Shown here: piece after piece, positions 23,918 through 38,252 of the stretch | How the letters are laid out: each line of letters begins with the position of its first letter | Numbering within the stretch: the stretch's first letter is position 1 | Assembly: GCF_001194135.2 (NCBI RefSeq) | Contig: NC_068995.1 | Coordinates: forward strand, 57,357,591 to 57,421,590 | Direction: 5' to 3' | Length of the DNA: 64,000 bases | From: Octopus bimaculoides | Taxonomy: Eukaryota | Made by a program: the position numbers and the translations under genes | The notes under the pieces: generated by a model | What the model was told of the DNA's origin: nothing | Databases searched by the model: none | The model's input: only the letters and a program-made list of their open reading frames with translations

Positions 23918-24861
23918 AATGAAATGCATTGAAACATGAAACGGTCAAAGACAAAATAATTTTTGGAGATAATAAACTTCTTTCAAAGGATCCATGTTTG
24001 AATATTTTCATAATTATTCATGAAATCAGTTATGAATTATTATTATTATTATTTATTATTTTTTTTAATGTTTTATTGTTATCATCATCATCATCGTCGT
24101 CATCACCATCATCGTCATCATTATCATTGTTATTTTGGCTGATAGTCTTTTGATTCATCTTGGGCTACTTTTCATTGCAAGTGGTTGTTGATTATTACCA
24201 AAATATGTGCTTATCACATGAGGTAACAATGAAAAATTCCTAAATATGCAAATAAATAATTATGAAAAAAAAAAAAATTAAAACACACACCAATACAGAC
24301 AAACAAAACTACAAAATTTATTGTTTTGATTTTCTTTTATATTTTTGCTTAATTTAAAAGTTATATATTACAAAAAAAAAGAAAAGGAAAAAATCTCTGG
24401 TCATCTTTTATATAGTAAATCATTAAAGATTGGTTGTGTTGTAGAGTTCTGGCCATCTGTGATACTATTAACCTCCACCAAGTCTTTGGATGTTTTAAAT
24501 AGTTTTAGTTGTTGATGTGTGTATGGGTGGGTGGGAGTGTTCATTGGTTAGTATCTATTGTACTTAGTCATCTATAAAATTTAGTAATGATGGACTTGTT
24601 TATATATTGGTATACATTTCTTGCTGGTAAGAAGTTTCTAAAGTGAATGGAATAATTTGAAGATTGTTTTTGGTACAATGGTAGAACGTCTGTCATGTCT
24701 ACAGAAAATATGGGTTCAAATCAAACAATCAGCCTTCACTTTTTCCATCCAAGGCTGTTTTTTCAACCTAATATTATTTAATAGCTTGATCTACTTCAAG
24801 CTCACCAGTAAAAGGACCTATATTATGTCTCTTGCAGTTTCTAAATTCTTATGATATGTGC

Positions 24862-24924
<63 letters not shown>

Positions 24925-25524
24925 CACATATACATACATGTATACATATATATATGTGTGTGTATTTAAGTGTTTTTCTTTTTGTTGAGTTATAAACAAA
25001 AGCAGTTTAGGCTTAAATGAAAGGAGTACTCAATACTTTCCATTTGAAGCATATTTTGTTATGTTTTTACAAGAAGGGTAACAGCTAAGTTCAAAAGATA
25101 GCAGACCAAAACTTCGAAGTCACTGTCATTCCTCTTCTTTTAAACATGATATATATGTGCATGCATGTGTGTGTGTGTGTGTGTGTAGTAGGCTCTTGGA
25201 GTTTTTTGTTTTTTTTGCCTCTAAAGAAAATTCATTTGATCCTAATGTATGAAGAAAGAAAAATGCTGGTGTCACAAATAACATGATATTCTTCGATTAA
25301 TGAACAACAACAAAAAACAGAAAGCAAATTATCGTGAAATGTTGGAAACATTCTTCACACCCACCTACCAGTGTTCCTCCATAACCACTTTCTCCCTTGC
25401 ACTTTCTTCTTTCCATCATTTTCTAACTGTGTCTCTCTATGTGTCTGTCTGTTTGTCTCTCTTTCTAACTTAAACTCTCTTGTTTGGTAGTTCGAAATAC
25501 CAGTTTTAACTAAGAAACCTGTAA

Positions 25525-25578
<54 letters not shown>

Positions 25579-26169
25579 TCATACATTTATATATGTTTAT
25601 GTGTGTCTGTTGATTGAGTATGTTTCAAAAACATAACCCCCTCCCTCACACACACACACACACACAAAAAAAGAAAATGCTGTTAGATTCTTTCAAGAAA
25701 AGGAAGGAAAAAAGTTTAGAGAGTTAGTGGTGGTGGTGGTCGTCGTGGTGATGGTGTGACTTTTTTTTTTAATTTTAATATATTTATTCCATCAAGTTCA
25801 AGATGTGATTTTTAGCTAGTAGAGGTTTCTTTTTTTTTCTTTTAAAAAACAAATTATTTATATTTTTAAAAATTTATTTCTTCTTGTTTTTGGTTAAATT
25901 TATTTCTTATTTTCTTGATATACTCAAGTGGACTATCTTCCAGTGAGCTCAACTAAAAGTTTTAATCCTATTTTCAAACTGCAATCTTTATGGTGTTGAA
26001 TAAATTGATTTTTCTCTCCTCTTCCTAATTATCCAAGTCATTTTAAGTTGTTTTAGCTTCATTTAGATCCCCTATCGGTGTGCAATACAAACATTTATAG
26101 AAATAACTGATTGCAAACACATTTCATTTCCAAGCGCTTCTTTTTTTCTTCTTCTCCTCCTCCTTCTTC

Positions 26170-26270
26170 ATCTTGTTTCTTCTTCTTCTTCTTCTTCTTC
26201 TTCTTCTTCTTCTTCTTCTNNNNNNNNNNTCTTCTTCTTCTTCTTCTTCTTCTTCTTCTTCTTCTTCTTC
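26170..26270. repeat. (CTT)n tract interrupted by a small gap
   Basis: Directly visible. Confidence 0.95.
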
Positions 26271-26513
26271 TTCCAATCTTTACATTATTGTTGTTGTTGT
26301 TTTTTCCTTCCTTTCTTTTATTTCATTCATCCCTCATTTCTTTCTGTTAATCTAATGATTCAAGTATCAAACTCAAACCCAAACTATTTTCTATATTTGT
26401 CCCCCTTCTCGCTCTCCTTTCTCACACTTTTTTTAAATGATCATATCAGCTAGTTTCATCATTACAATTATTATTATCATTATTGTTACTATTATATAAA
26501 TAACGACTGCAAA

Positions 26514-26566
<53 letters not shown>

Positions 26567-26747
26567 GCAGTAGTTCTAGCAGTTTTAGTAGTAAATCTGT
26601 TTTGTTTTTTTTTTCCTGGTTAATTGAAGATGTTTCCTCCAAATCTAATTAGCATTCCTTTTAATCTACAAATTTTTTATTTTTGTTTTAGAGGGCTGGT
26701 GCTATTTCAGTTTTTTATGCACTTTTTTTTATCATTTNNNNNNNNNN

Positions 26748-26781
<34 letters not shown>

Positions 26782-27234
26782 TTTCTTTCCTTATTGCTAC
26801 TTTGAGAAATCTTTCTGAATCTTCATCTGTAAAATAAATTTTATTTGTTGATTATAAACTGGTTCCAGGGACAGTCACTCATGAAATATTAACAACGTTT
26901 GTTTCACTCAAAAGATTTGGTTGTTGTAATTATTTTAAAACAGTTCTTGTTACTGTTTGGACCCTGGTTTAGAAACCTGATAAAGCAGACATACAACCAA
27001 AAGTATTTCAGCTGTGAGTCCCCTTTTGTTTTGGAGGGAGGAGGAGGGGTATCTTTTCATGTGTGTCTAGGACTAAATTATGCAGTATTTCATTTCTGTC
27101 TGTGTGTCTCTCTTTCTGTGAGACGGCCATGTGAGAGTTACCAAAGATTTCATTGTTATTTCTAATAGGTCGAGTGACCATAGTAACCGTGCAGAAGTTC
27201 CCTTGATGGTTCAATACCATGCACTGTTAAATAC

Positions 27235-27420
27235 ATAGTAAAGTGTGGTTTTGATTCGTGGATCAGGCAGTGTATTGTGTTCTTCAGCAAAACACATCAT
27301 TGCACGTTGCTTCCCTCCACTCAACTGTAACCTGGTGACCCTGCTATGGATTGGTGTTCAGGGGTAAATATTGGGAGCTGGGTAACTGGTCCTATTAGTC
27401 CTCAGACCTGGGGCAGCAAT
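27235..27420 (+). mobile_element. Degenerate SINE with CORE-like and V-domain-like blocks
   Basis: ttgtgttcttcagcaaaacac...tccactcaactgta...ccctgctatggattgg...caggg; domain names are from recalled SINE consensus sequences. Confidence 0.5.
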
Positions 27421-27831
27421 ATCCATGGGTTGTTGATGATGATGATGATGATGATGACTGCAGAGAGGCAGGAACATAGGCTGTTGCTGTAGTTGTGCTT
27501 TGAAGAAAGCTTCTTTCATTGTACAATTCCTTGCAAGACTGTTATACATTGGAGTAAAGGAGCAACTCCCTTTTCACTCACACTCGAATCGCCTCCCAAT
27601 TGCAGTTGAATCATCTTCAAATGTTTAAGCCTGTCTTAACAAAAATAAAAAAGGGAAGACACATCAGTTAAGTAGTCCTAGATACACAGTGTGGGAAAAG
27701 AAGGCAGGAGTGATGGTCATGCTAAGAAGCCCTTTGGTCACATGTCTGCTTGGTTAGATCCGACCTGCAACTAAACAACTGGTAGACCATTTCTCATTTT
27801 TATTTTGTGGTGAAATGCTCACTGGTATATG

Positions 27832-27877
<46 letters not shown>

Positions 27878-27913
27878 GTATATAAGTATATAATATGCTG
27901 TACTTGGTTATAG

Positions 27914-27991
<78 letters not shown>

Positions 27992-28157
27992 GATTTAATC
28001 ATTCAGAAGACCAGGGCTTGTGGTTGGTTCCATGGGAACAATACTTTCAAGCTGATCGCCCAACTTACTTTCTCATATTCATATGATTACGTATGAACAT
28101 GCATGTATATGTGTATATGCATGTATTTAAACACATACAAACACACACACATATATA

Positions 28158-28191
<34 letters not shown>

Positions 28192-29322
28192 TATATGCAT
28201 AGTTCTTTAGATTGCTAACATATTTCACTAGTGCACTTGCTACGTACTTTATATGTGCGTATGTACTTCACCTCTGACTCTGTCTTAGAAATATACATGC
28301 ATATACATATAAACATATATACATACATAGAACATATATACATTACATTATATTCACAAAGATATAATATGTATCTGTATATCTACATATACACGTGTGT
28401 GTGTGTGTATATAGATATATATACATATAGATATAGAGAGATAGGTACACACACACATACATAGGTACATACATGTATGTATGTATGTATGTATGTATGT
28501 ATATATATATACACACGTTATGCCTGTCTGTATAATAAGGAGAAACTTAGCCTGGTCTCCTTAACACCTCTCCGTTACTGTGCCTGCTGCTGGTCCTTGA
28601 TATTAACTTCAAAGCAACCATATTCTTTTATGCTGATTTATGTGCAATCTAATCCAAGATTTATTTGTTTGTTTGTCTTTCTATTTTATCTTCTATTCTA
28701 TATAATTTATTTTGGTAGCGGTGGTCAGGGATGGGTGGGCTGGTTTCGGCTTTTCACACACACACACACACATACAGCTTCTTACACATAAACACTTGAT
28801 ACATACATACTCATTCACTCTATTACACACACTCCACCCGTTCATTCATTTACACACACACACACACTTAATTTCTCTACAAGGTGAATTATGATAACAT
28901 TTAGTAATGCAAGTGGTTTCAATGGTAATGTGTGTGTGTGTGTGTGTGTATAAGTGTGTCTATGAGACTATATTAGCATTTAAACAGGTAATAGTAGTAG
29001 TAGTGCTAGTAATAGATTGTGTGTGTGTGTAACCTTCCCCCCACTTCTCTCTCTCTCTCTCTTTTTCTCTCCCTTAACAAATTACAGCTAACATTAATGC
29101 GGTTACTCAGATTTCACTCCTGTAACATACTCCTGTACACCTTAATTATTCATAAACAACATATCGCTATGGCAACCTTTGTTCCATAAATCAGACACTT
29201 AACCAAGCCCAACAATGGGGATATGTCAGTTTTTAACATCCTCACTTGATTGCCTGGCAATTCCTACCCACCTCACCACTATCACTGCATCTCTCTCTTT
29301 CTCTCATTATTCACCCACCTGT

Positions 29323-29355
<33 letters not shown>

Positions 29356-29785
29356 GGCAGTGGCTGCACCCATTAGTCATCTGTTTTAGTAAACACTACA
29401 TTTATCCTTAGAATTAATAACACAGCAACAAGAACAAAACAGTATTTTTCCTTCCCTTTTTTTCCTTTCTCTTTTCTTTTTTTTTTTCAATGCTGTCAGT
29501 TCTCTTACCACCACCACCACCACCACTACTACTGCTACTACTACTACTATGGTTGAGGCTTAATTTCTGAGAAATGAAATTTCCAAACACCTCCAACCTA
29601 ACCCCTCCAGCCTCCATCCACTCCATCCCACCCTCAACCAACTCCCCCACCATCTGGCATTTCAAGCTCTGTGGTGGTGGGGGGGGGGAGTATAGTTGCA
29701 TGGAATTTTTCTTTTTTTCTTTTTCCTATTGTCCAAGACAATTAAAATAGAGAAATACCAGTAATATATATTATATACACATAGT

Positions 29786-29823
<38 letters not shown>

Positions 29824-29952
29824 ACTGGTGTATCCTTTCTTGACTACGTAAATACCTCAAAGACCAAGGGGTACTTCACTCTGAGCTTTGTATTGTTAAA
29901 ACTAAGCAAATCCAAGACTCCCCTCCTTACACACACATCTTCGTCTCTTTAG

Positions 29953-29967
29953 ATCTGCTGGAATATT
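29953..29967 (+). CDS. Candidate 15-nt microexon ATCTGCTGGAATATT (DLLEY or ICWNI)
   Basis: catcttcgtctctttag | 15 nt | gtaagt; open in all phases. Confidence 0.35.
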
Positions 29968-30804
29968 GTAAGTAGTTTTTCTTGCTACCAGCACAAAAGA
30001 TATTTGAACTCAGAAGTGAAGTCCCCCAACCCCCACCGATCACCTACCCGGAGGTTGTCCCTTCATAGAACGTGATGGGAATATCCATAGATGTAACAAT
30101 AACAGTCCCTGCTTGATTGTTTTCTTCTTTCTCTTTTGGTTCTTCCATTCCTGTTTTTTCTCAGAAAAATCTGATGCTTTTGGTTTAGACTGAGCGAATG
30201 AGAAGAAGCTTGACCTGCAAGAAAAACATCCTAAAAGAAAAAACAAAACTTTGAATAATATGATGATGCTCTAGCATGGCTACAACCTTTAGGCTGGAAC
30301 ATATAAAGAAACATAAAAGAAATATGGTCCTAGATATGTTGTGACGTCATTTTTCTCTACGTTGACCTTAACTGGACAGACCTTTATATCTAAAGATATT
30401 CACTAACAACTCTGACCATCCGACCATTTTTTTCTTTCATGCAATCTGTTATTCCATTATTTATTTCCCTTTTTTTTTTTAAAAAAAAAGGAGGGTGTAA
30501 TTTCTGTAAGATTTGGCTGCTATTTCAAGTAGGTTGTATGACCATGCTGGTGGCTCCCACAGGAAACTTTGTATGTTTGATATGCCACAACCGATTCTGT
30601 TTTAAACTCATTACACATAAGGTTCTGATTCCACCACTGTAACAGGGGTTGTCTTCTGCAACTTTACTACACAGCTGTGTGCATGTTCTTCTTTCACCTC
30701 TTCTTGTATTCGTTTTAGTCATTGGATGGCAGCCATGCAGAGGCTCGGCTTTCAAGGCTTTTTTAGTTGCACAAATCAATGCCAGGACTCATTTTCACTG
30801 AATC

Positions 30805-31067
30805 GCAAAGTTACAGGGACATAAACAAACCAATACCAGTTGCCAAGTGGTGGTGGTAGTGGTGGTGACAAACATACATAAAGACACACACATGCACATG
30901 CGTATATACACATACACAATGGGCTTCCACACAGTTTCCACCTGCCAAATTCACTCACAAGGCATTGATTGGCTCAGGGTTATAATGGAAGATGCCAGCC
31001 TAAGGTGGCATGCTGTGGGACTGAACCTGAAACCACTTGGTTGGCAAGCAAACTACAAAGCCATACC
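30805..31067 (-). mobile_element. SINE family A, degenerate
   Basis: gttacagggacataaac...caaattcactcacaaggc...gtgggactgaacctgaaacc. Confidence 0.8.
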
Positions 31068-31098
31068 TTATATGTATATGTATCTATGTCTGCATGCA

Positions 31099-31129
<31 letters not shown>

Positions 31130-31844
31130 ATGCATACCTGTATGTATGTATGTATGCTATTTTTCTGTTGAAATGGTAACAAAAACACAAAGGAAACGGT
31201 TGGTGTAAACCTTTTGTTCACTTTTCTTGTTTGAAGACTACTAAATCATCTTTATTAAAATTTCATTTTTTTTGACAAGTATGAGATTTTGTATTTTGGG
31301 TGGTGGTGGTGAGGAGGAGGAGGGGGGGAGAGTAGCAGAAGTTGTGCTTGTTGATATTTGATGGCATCTTCTTGGTGTTTTGGGGGTGTTGTTTTTTTTT
31401 GCTGCTGTTATTGTTTTTTTTTTTGGCTAAATAAAAAGAAGACATTCGGTGCTTCTTATTGACTTTTCAAACATATATTGCATTGTGGCAGCGGTGGTGG
31501 TGTGGCTGCATGCAAATGAGTGTGGTTTTGTGTTTGCTTAGGAAAACACAATGTCCCTACATACATACATTTGTAGATACGCATACATATAACACATACA
31601 CACACACATATACAATTATATATATATATATACACACACACATATATTCATGCAGTTACCTTATCTTCTTTCTTTATATTCTATTCATACCCCACCACCC
31701 TCTATATCCATCCTCAGTTGACATCTTTGACTCCTATTCTAATGATGTGAATACCTTTTACTTCTCTTTTCATGAACTTATCACTCATTATTATTGTTAT
31801 CCTTGGTTAACTCCGTGTGAGAGGGTGGAGGAGGGTGTTATTTG

Positions 31845-31885
<41 letters not shown>

Positions 31886-32779
31886 CTCTCTTTTTTCAAC
31901 TTTTATATATTTATTTCTTTATCCCACACTTACTTAGTGAAGCTAATGATGGGGAAAAGTTCTTCATTGTACAACGTTTTTTTTCTTCTCTGTTTGTTTT
32001 AGTTTTTCCCTCTCTTTTTCTTTCTTTCTTTTTTTCGCATTGAAACATTGGGCACTTATTCTTCGGCTATTGGCATTTAGTACTATTGATCTGTTTGGTT
32101 AGCGATGCTTGGAACTGTATATTAATCTTTTAGTTCCTGATCATTGGATCTGTAACATCGATCTATTGGTTATAGATATTCGGAGTTTCTCACCTACTGA
32201 CCCCCCACTCTCTCTTCTCTCTCTCTTTCTCTTCTCTCTCTCTCTCTCTCTCTCTCCTCAGGCTCAGGAAAAAAAAAGTAAACAAACTCATAACCCCTTA
32301 GAGGGCCCACATATTGAACAGTGACTCAAAGTCAGAAGTCTAGATTCTGACTCATTAATTAAATAGGATGTTTTTAGTTGTGCTCCGCTAGCTCACACCA
32401 TGAGAATGTGTGTTTTGTGTGTTTGTATCTGAGGAGGTGTACTGGACAAGTGACTAAGATGTCAAAACGCTTGCTCCATTCAGCTAAGAGGGTTCCATAT
32501 CTTAGTTAAAACCACTTTTTCCATTGTGGTTAACTTTATAAACATTTTGGTGGTATATTTTTCCTTTTTCTTTTTTGTCTCTTTTATTTATTTTTTTCTT
32601 CCTAAATTTTTATGAATACCTTCGTCTTTCTGGTGGAAAATTAGATTACAAGTCTTGTCATTAAAAGGAACAGCAGGTCTCAGAAGAGTTTTGTTACCAG
32701 TGAACAACTCTTTTCGTCTTGTTTCTTTTTCATTTTTCTCTTTATTTTGCAAATGTTTTCAGCCGTGTCTCATATATCT

Positions 32780-33146
32780 TTTATCTTTATTTTGTTTCAG
32801 TCATTTGACTGTGGCCATACTGGGGCACCAATCTGAAGAATTTTAGTTGGTCAAATTACCCCCAGTACTTATTTCTTTCTGTTTTTGTTGTTGCTGTGTA
32901 AGCCTGGTATTTATTCTATTAGTCTCTTTTGCCAAACCACTAAGTTACAGAGTTGTAAACACATCAGCTCCGATTGTCAAGTGCGATGCACTTCTTTCAG
33001 TTTCTGTCTACCAAATCCATTCACAAGGTTTTGTTCAGGCCAAGAGTATAGTAGAAGATACTTGCCCAAGTTGTCATGCAGTGGGACTGAACCTGGAGCC
33101 ATGTGATTGAGAAGAAAACTTCTTACCACACAGCCATGCCTGTGCC
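32780..33146 (-). mobile_element. SINE family A, near full length
   Basis: tgtttcagtcatttgactgtggccat...gatacttgcccaag...cacagccatgcc. Confidence 0.9.
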
Positions 33147-33889
33147 TATATATACATTATATATATATATATATATATNNNNNNNNNNNNNNNNNNNNNN
33201 NNNNNNNNNNNNNNNNNNNNNNNNNNNNNNNNNNNNNNNNNNNNNNNNNNNNNNNNNNNNNNNNNNNNNNNNNNNNNNNNNNNNNNNNNNNNNNNNNNNN
33301 NNNNNNNNNNNNNNNNNNNNNNNNNNNNNNNNNNNNNNNNNNNNNNNNNNNNNNNNNNNNNNNNNNNNNNNNNNNNNNNNNNNNNNNNNNNNNNNNNNNN
33401 NNNNNNNNNNNNNNNNNNNNNNNNNNNNNNNNNNNNNNNNNNNNNNNNNNNNNNNNNNNNNNNNNNNNNNNNNNNNNNNNNNNNNNNNNNNNNNNNNNNN
33501 NNNNNNNNNNNNNNNNNNNNNNNNNNNNNNNNNNNNNNNNNNNNNNNNNNNNNNNNNNNNNNNNNNNNNNNNNNNNNNNNNNNNNNNNNNNNNNNNNNNN
33601 NNNNNNNNNNNNNNNNNNNNNNNNNNNNNNNNNNNNNNNNNNNNNNNNNNNNNNNNNNNNNNNNNNNNNNNNNNNNNNNNNNNNNNNNNNNNNNNNNNNN
33701 NNNNNNNNNNNNNNNNNNNNNNNNNNNNNNNNNNNNNNNNNNNNNNNNNNNNNNNNNNNNNNNNNNNNNNNNNNNNNNNNNNNNNNNNNNNNNNNNNNNN
33801 NNNNNNNNNNNNNNNNNNNNNNNNNNNNNNNNNNNNNNNNNNNNNNNNNNNNNNNNNNNNNNNNNNNNNNNNNNNNNNNNNNNNNNNNN

Positions 33890-34010
33890 CATTCCACCTG
33901 GCTTTAGTTGACATAGGGCCATAATAGAAGACACTTGCCCAAGGTGGCACACAGTGAGACTGAACCCGAAGCCATGTGAGTGGAAAACAAGCTTCTCAAA
34001 TAAAGCCACT
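33890..34010 (-). mobile_element. SINE family A, 5' part
   Basis: agaagacacttgcccaaggtggcacacagtgagactgaacccg. Confidence 0.85.
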
Positions 34011-34540
34011 CTTGTGCTGAAACCATTAAAAATTTAAAAAAAAAAAAAAACACTTGTCATAATATTTCTTATTTCTTGAAAGAATTAAAAAGTAAACCAA
34101 ATTGAAGGACCTTGAAGTAAGTAACATTAAGGCTGTTCTTACAAGATGTGAGGTCAAACTGGGGTTAACTGGGGGGTTTTTTTTGGGGGGGGGGTTGTGT
34201 AAGAGAATTTGCAACTGGTACTTTTGTTGTCTAAATTATTCTTGATCGAGTAGATTTATGGCTAAAGGCTTTTCACCTTTGATAATCCTATTCCTCTAGC
34301 TTTTTTCACTGTTTGTGACTATATTGTCCATGGTGTAACTTTTTATTAAAATAGTAGGATGTGATTTGAGTGAAATTTAGCTGCTATTTCTAACAGGTAG
34401 AGACTATCTGGCTGGTTTGTGAGTTCAACATTGGCTTTGTCTAGTACTTAGAATTACTTTTCCCAACACAACCTTCATTTATAAAGAGACTAGACTGTTG
34501 TTTGAGGGACATTTGAAAGATGGTCCTCCAAACAGCCTGC

Positions 34541-34604
34541 TCTGGTCTTGTTGGCTGGTCAATGCTGTGTGTGTTCTGGTCTTGTTGGCTGGTCAAAGCT
34601 GTGT
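34541..34604. repeat. Tandem duplication, 30-bp unit, period 34
   Basis: TCTGGTCTTGTTGGCTGGTCAA(T/A)GCTGTGT twice, 29 of 30 identical. Confidence 0.95.
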
Positions 34605-34659
34605 CTACATAGTTTTTTTTACCTCTTTTACTTGTTTGCATATGGACAGCAGAAACTGT

Positions 34660-35100
34660 TGGTTATAACATTGGAACCTTGAAACTGATACAGCCAGTCA
34701 TTGGTAGCCAATATTTATAATCTAAAGGTTAGTAACATTTGAACTAGTGTCTATCGATTTTATCATTGGATAATATTTGAACTGTCATGTATTGATGTAC
34801 CTAGAAATGATAATAATAATAATAATAATATTTGAATTACCATGTATCGATCTATTGGTTACAAATATTTTAAAGTGATAGATTATTGATATGTTAAACT
34901 ATGTTTAAATTACCAGCAGCCAAGGTTGGATTGGATTTTGTATTGATTTTATTGGTTATTGATAGGTTTGTGTATTATCAGTTGATAGGCTATTTATAGT
35001 TAGTATTGATTATCGATTTATTAGTTATTGATGGTTGGAACTGGGTATCGATTTATTGGTCATTCCTCTATGACACTCGGTATTGATTCCATTTACCATG
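34660..35100. repeat. Degenerate ATCGAT/ATTGAT-rich repeat, related to 32040-32190
   Basis: Four ATCGAT and about seven ATTGAT; ATCGATCTATTGGTT is shared with the 32 kb segment. Confidence 0.6.
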
Positions 35101-36954
35101 TAGCTTTACGTATTTTGTATTAACAATAATACCCGCCAATCCAAGATTTTTTTTGTTTCTTTTTGTTGTTGTTTTTTTTTAATATCTAGAATTATTAATA
35201 TCTTGCTCCTTTGACCTGTTTTCCTTATGATTCCCATAAAAATATATTAAAAAAGAAAAGTAAACTCTGTAGCTGTATGTAATAAGGCTTGTAAATTATT
35301 GCTTCATGTCTGCGAACAAGCTGCTGGGATAACGAAGAAGGAAATCAAATATCCATCCCTATTAAGAGATTGCTTTGGTTGTTGGTGTTAACTGCTTTGC
35401 GGCAGATCTGTACTTTCCCCTGCTGCCCCCCACCCCGTTGCCATGTTCCTAAGGAGAATGCTTGCGTTGTATTAACGTCATCTATTTCTAGAGTCATATT
35501 CGAACTGGTTGATACTATTCCCACTGCATTCAAAGAATTTAATAACTTGCTCTCACATGTTTAGATTTAGGTAAACAGGTGTTTTGGAGTTTCGATAACA
35601 CATGGATTTTCTTTTTGGTACAAACCTAGACACACACATGCACACACACTCTGGGCTTGTGACCTCACATATTAACCACATGGCATAAATATATCCACAA
35701 TTTGAAGAAAGTGCTGAATATTTGTAAAGAATTATTTCTGGTATTAATGTCATTTTCAGTTGACTTTTCCTTGTTTTTCGTTAATGCTTTTTGTAATAAT
35801 TACTCATTTTCTCTTCGCAATGCAATTAGATATATTAATTACTGTAATTATTATACATGTTGCTATGTGGTTAAATAAAAGTGAATCTGACATAAAAGGA
35901 GATCAAATTTAAAATTGCATTCAAATCAAAGTTTCTCGTTTTGTTTTTTTAGGGGTTTTTTCTTGTTTTTTTTTTTTTTTACTCTCCTTCCAAACTATTA
36001 AACTTTATTAATGTAACCTATTTTCTTCAAGAGTCTGCTCCAATTTGGTGGAGTGTGCAGGTGGAGTAGGGGAAGAAATAAAAAAAAAATTACTATTAGA
36101 TTTTATTTCTTTACTCCAAGTTGTTGCATTGAAATCTGTTAACTTTGTTAAACTGATAAACCTGACTCTTAAACTGTTAATTTATGGCAAGAATCTTTGC
36201 AGAATCACTTGTTTATTGTTTTTGATTATCTATTTCCGTCAGTGCTCACATCATAAATCTGTTTAGCATGCATTTTCTTTATTAGTNNNNNNNNNNNNNN
36301 NNNNNNNNNNNNNNNNNNNNNNNNNNNNNNNNNNNNNNNNNNNNNNNNNNNNNNNNNNNNNNNNNNNNNNNNNNNNNNNNNNNNNNNNNNNNNNNNNNNN
36401 NNNNNNNNNNNNNNNNNNNNNNNNNNNNNNNNNNNNNNNNNNNNNNNNNNNNNNNNNNNNNNNNNNNNNNNNNNNNNNNNNNNNNNNNATATATACTGTA
36501 TATAAGTATGCACACATAGTCACACATGCATGTGCTTGTATGCAAATAGTTATTCTTAGCTGATTCAGTTACAAGATCTAAACTCTGAGGAGATATTCAA
36601 CATGTATCATGTAGAATCACATGCAATAAATTTGGGTTTCTGGTTTCAAAGAATTCTTTTAGAAGTTTTTTTGGTTAATGCTTCCTTTCTTTTTTTTTTT
36701 TTTGCTGTTTGTTCTCTTATGAGCATATTTTTAATGAGATGAAATAGAGAACTTCTTAATAATTGTTATCTAACATTGGACGAGTGGTGTAAAGAAAGCT
36801 ATGAAAAGAAGTCAGAATTGGTTCAAGAAGGAAATATTATGAATTCAACCCTAGTCTTAGTCTAAGGATATTCTTCAACAAAAATTCAAGTATGGAATTA
36901 AACGTTGTTTTACCTTGAGGTTAGACCTGATGAAATGCATGCCATTAGTGTTCT

Positions 36955-37185
36955 TCTATTTGACATCATCCCCATCATCATCTCTTTTATCCGTGCTGAC
37001 ATAGGTTGGAGAGTTTGACAGGAAATGAAGAGCCAGAATGCTGTGCCAAGCTTCGATGTCTGCTTTGGTAAAGTTTCTAAAGGTGGCTGTCCTTCCTAAC
37101 CACTCTGTGTACTGCTTGCTTTCTTTTCATGGCATCAGCATAGGTGAGGTCACCAAATACTTGCAGGACTGAGGGATAGTGAAAA
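36955..37185 (-). mobile_element. SINE family C, degenerate
   Basis: catcatc...gctgacataggttggagagtttgacagg...ccttcctaac...taggtgaggtcaccaa. Confidence 0.75.
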
Positions 37186-38081
37186 TCTGAAAGAGGGATG
37201 GGAGCAGGTGTCTTGCTGAAGAAGAGGTGAATACATGGCTTGACCACCTGGAAAGAGGAAGATGTAAGGTTACATATTTCTTTTCTTTCCTTTTTCTTTC
37301 AAACCTTGTGTATTTTGGACTTCTTTTTCCAATGCAGCCTTCAATTGTCGACAATAAATTTGAGAAAAAATTTGGATACTTTTTCTAGAAAGTTGAGCAG
37401 CCACATAGAAATGCTGATGGTGGCATATAAGGATCAGAAATATATTTAATATTACAGAGATGTCATTTGGGTTAAGAATCTTCTCTGAATACTTGGCATC
37501 AACATTCTTGGTGGTTTTGCTTCTTTTTTGCATAAATTTCTTATCCCTTTGAACTGAAAAATTGAAGAGGCTTCTTAGATTTAGATGGAATATTGTTCTA
37601 GCATTCATTTACTGGTTTCAGCCATTTGGTGGCAGCCGTGCAATGGTATCAGTTTTTTGTTCTTTATATTTTATAAAGTCTAATACACACATTCATGGAA
37701 CTATTAGACTTCCTTTGATTTACAAGTCTCCCCCCCCACACACACACACACATACACACACATACATACCACCACCACCACCACCACTCTTAGTGGCAAA
37801 TTATCTCCTGCTGAAAAATATTCGAGAATGACACAACTTGCTTCACTCATTGGTTTCTGTGCGTGTGTGTGTGTGTGTGTGTGTGTTCTTTGTTTGTGGA
37901 CTTACAATACTACCATTGGTTTTGTGGGTAAACATCACAATTAGCAAGCGTTCCAATGGAAACTGTTGGCAATCCCTCTCCATTTTGGATAAGCTGTGGT
38001 CGCATTGTAAATGTGCAAATCAAGAATGTTTACCCACCAGATGTGGTGTTGGGCACTCATTCTCACCGTTCTCACCACTAC

Positions 38082-38116
<35 letters not shown>

Positions 38117-38217
38117 AGAGAGATAGAGAAGATTATTGAATCTAAAAAGATTTCAATACTTATTTGCCTGTTAGTATTTTGTTCAATGTACATGGTTCAT
38201 ACACATGCACATGCACG

Positions 38218-38252
<35 letters not shown>

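Noticed and set aside
27358-27549. Minus ORF with poly-His and poly-Gln
   Set aside because: It overlaps a SINE tail and a (GAT)n tract; no splice support.
37270-37608. 112-aa minus ORF
   Set aside because: No motif and no matching splice sites; compatible with chance or an old TE.
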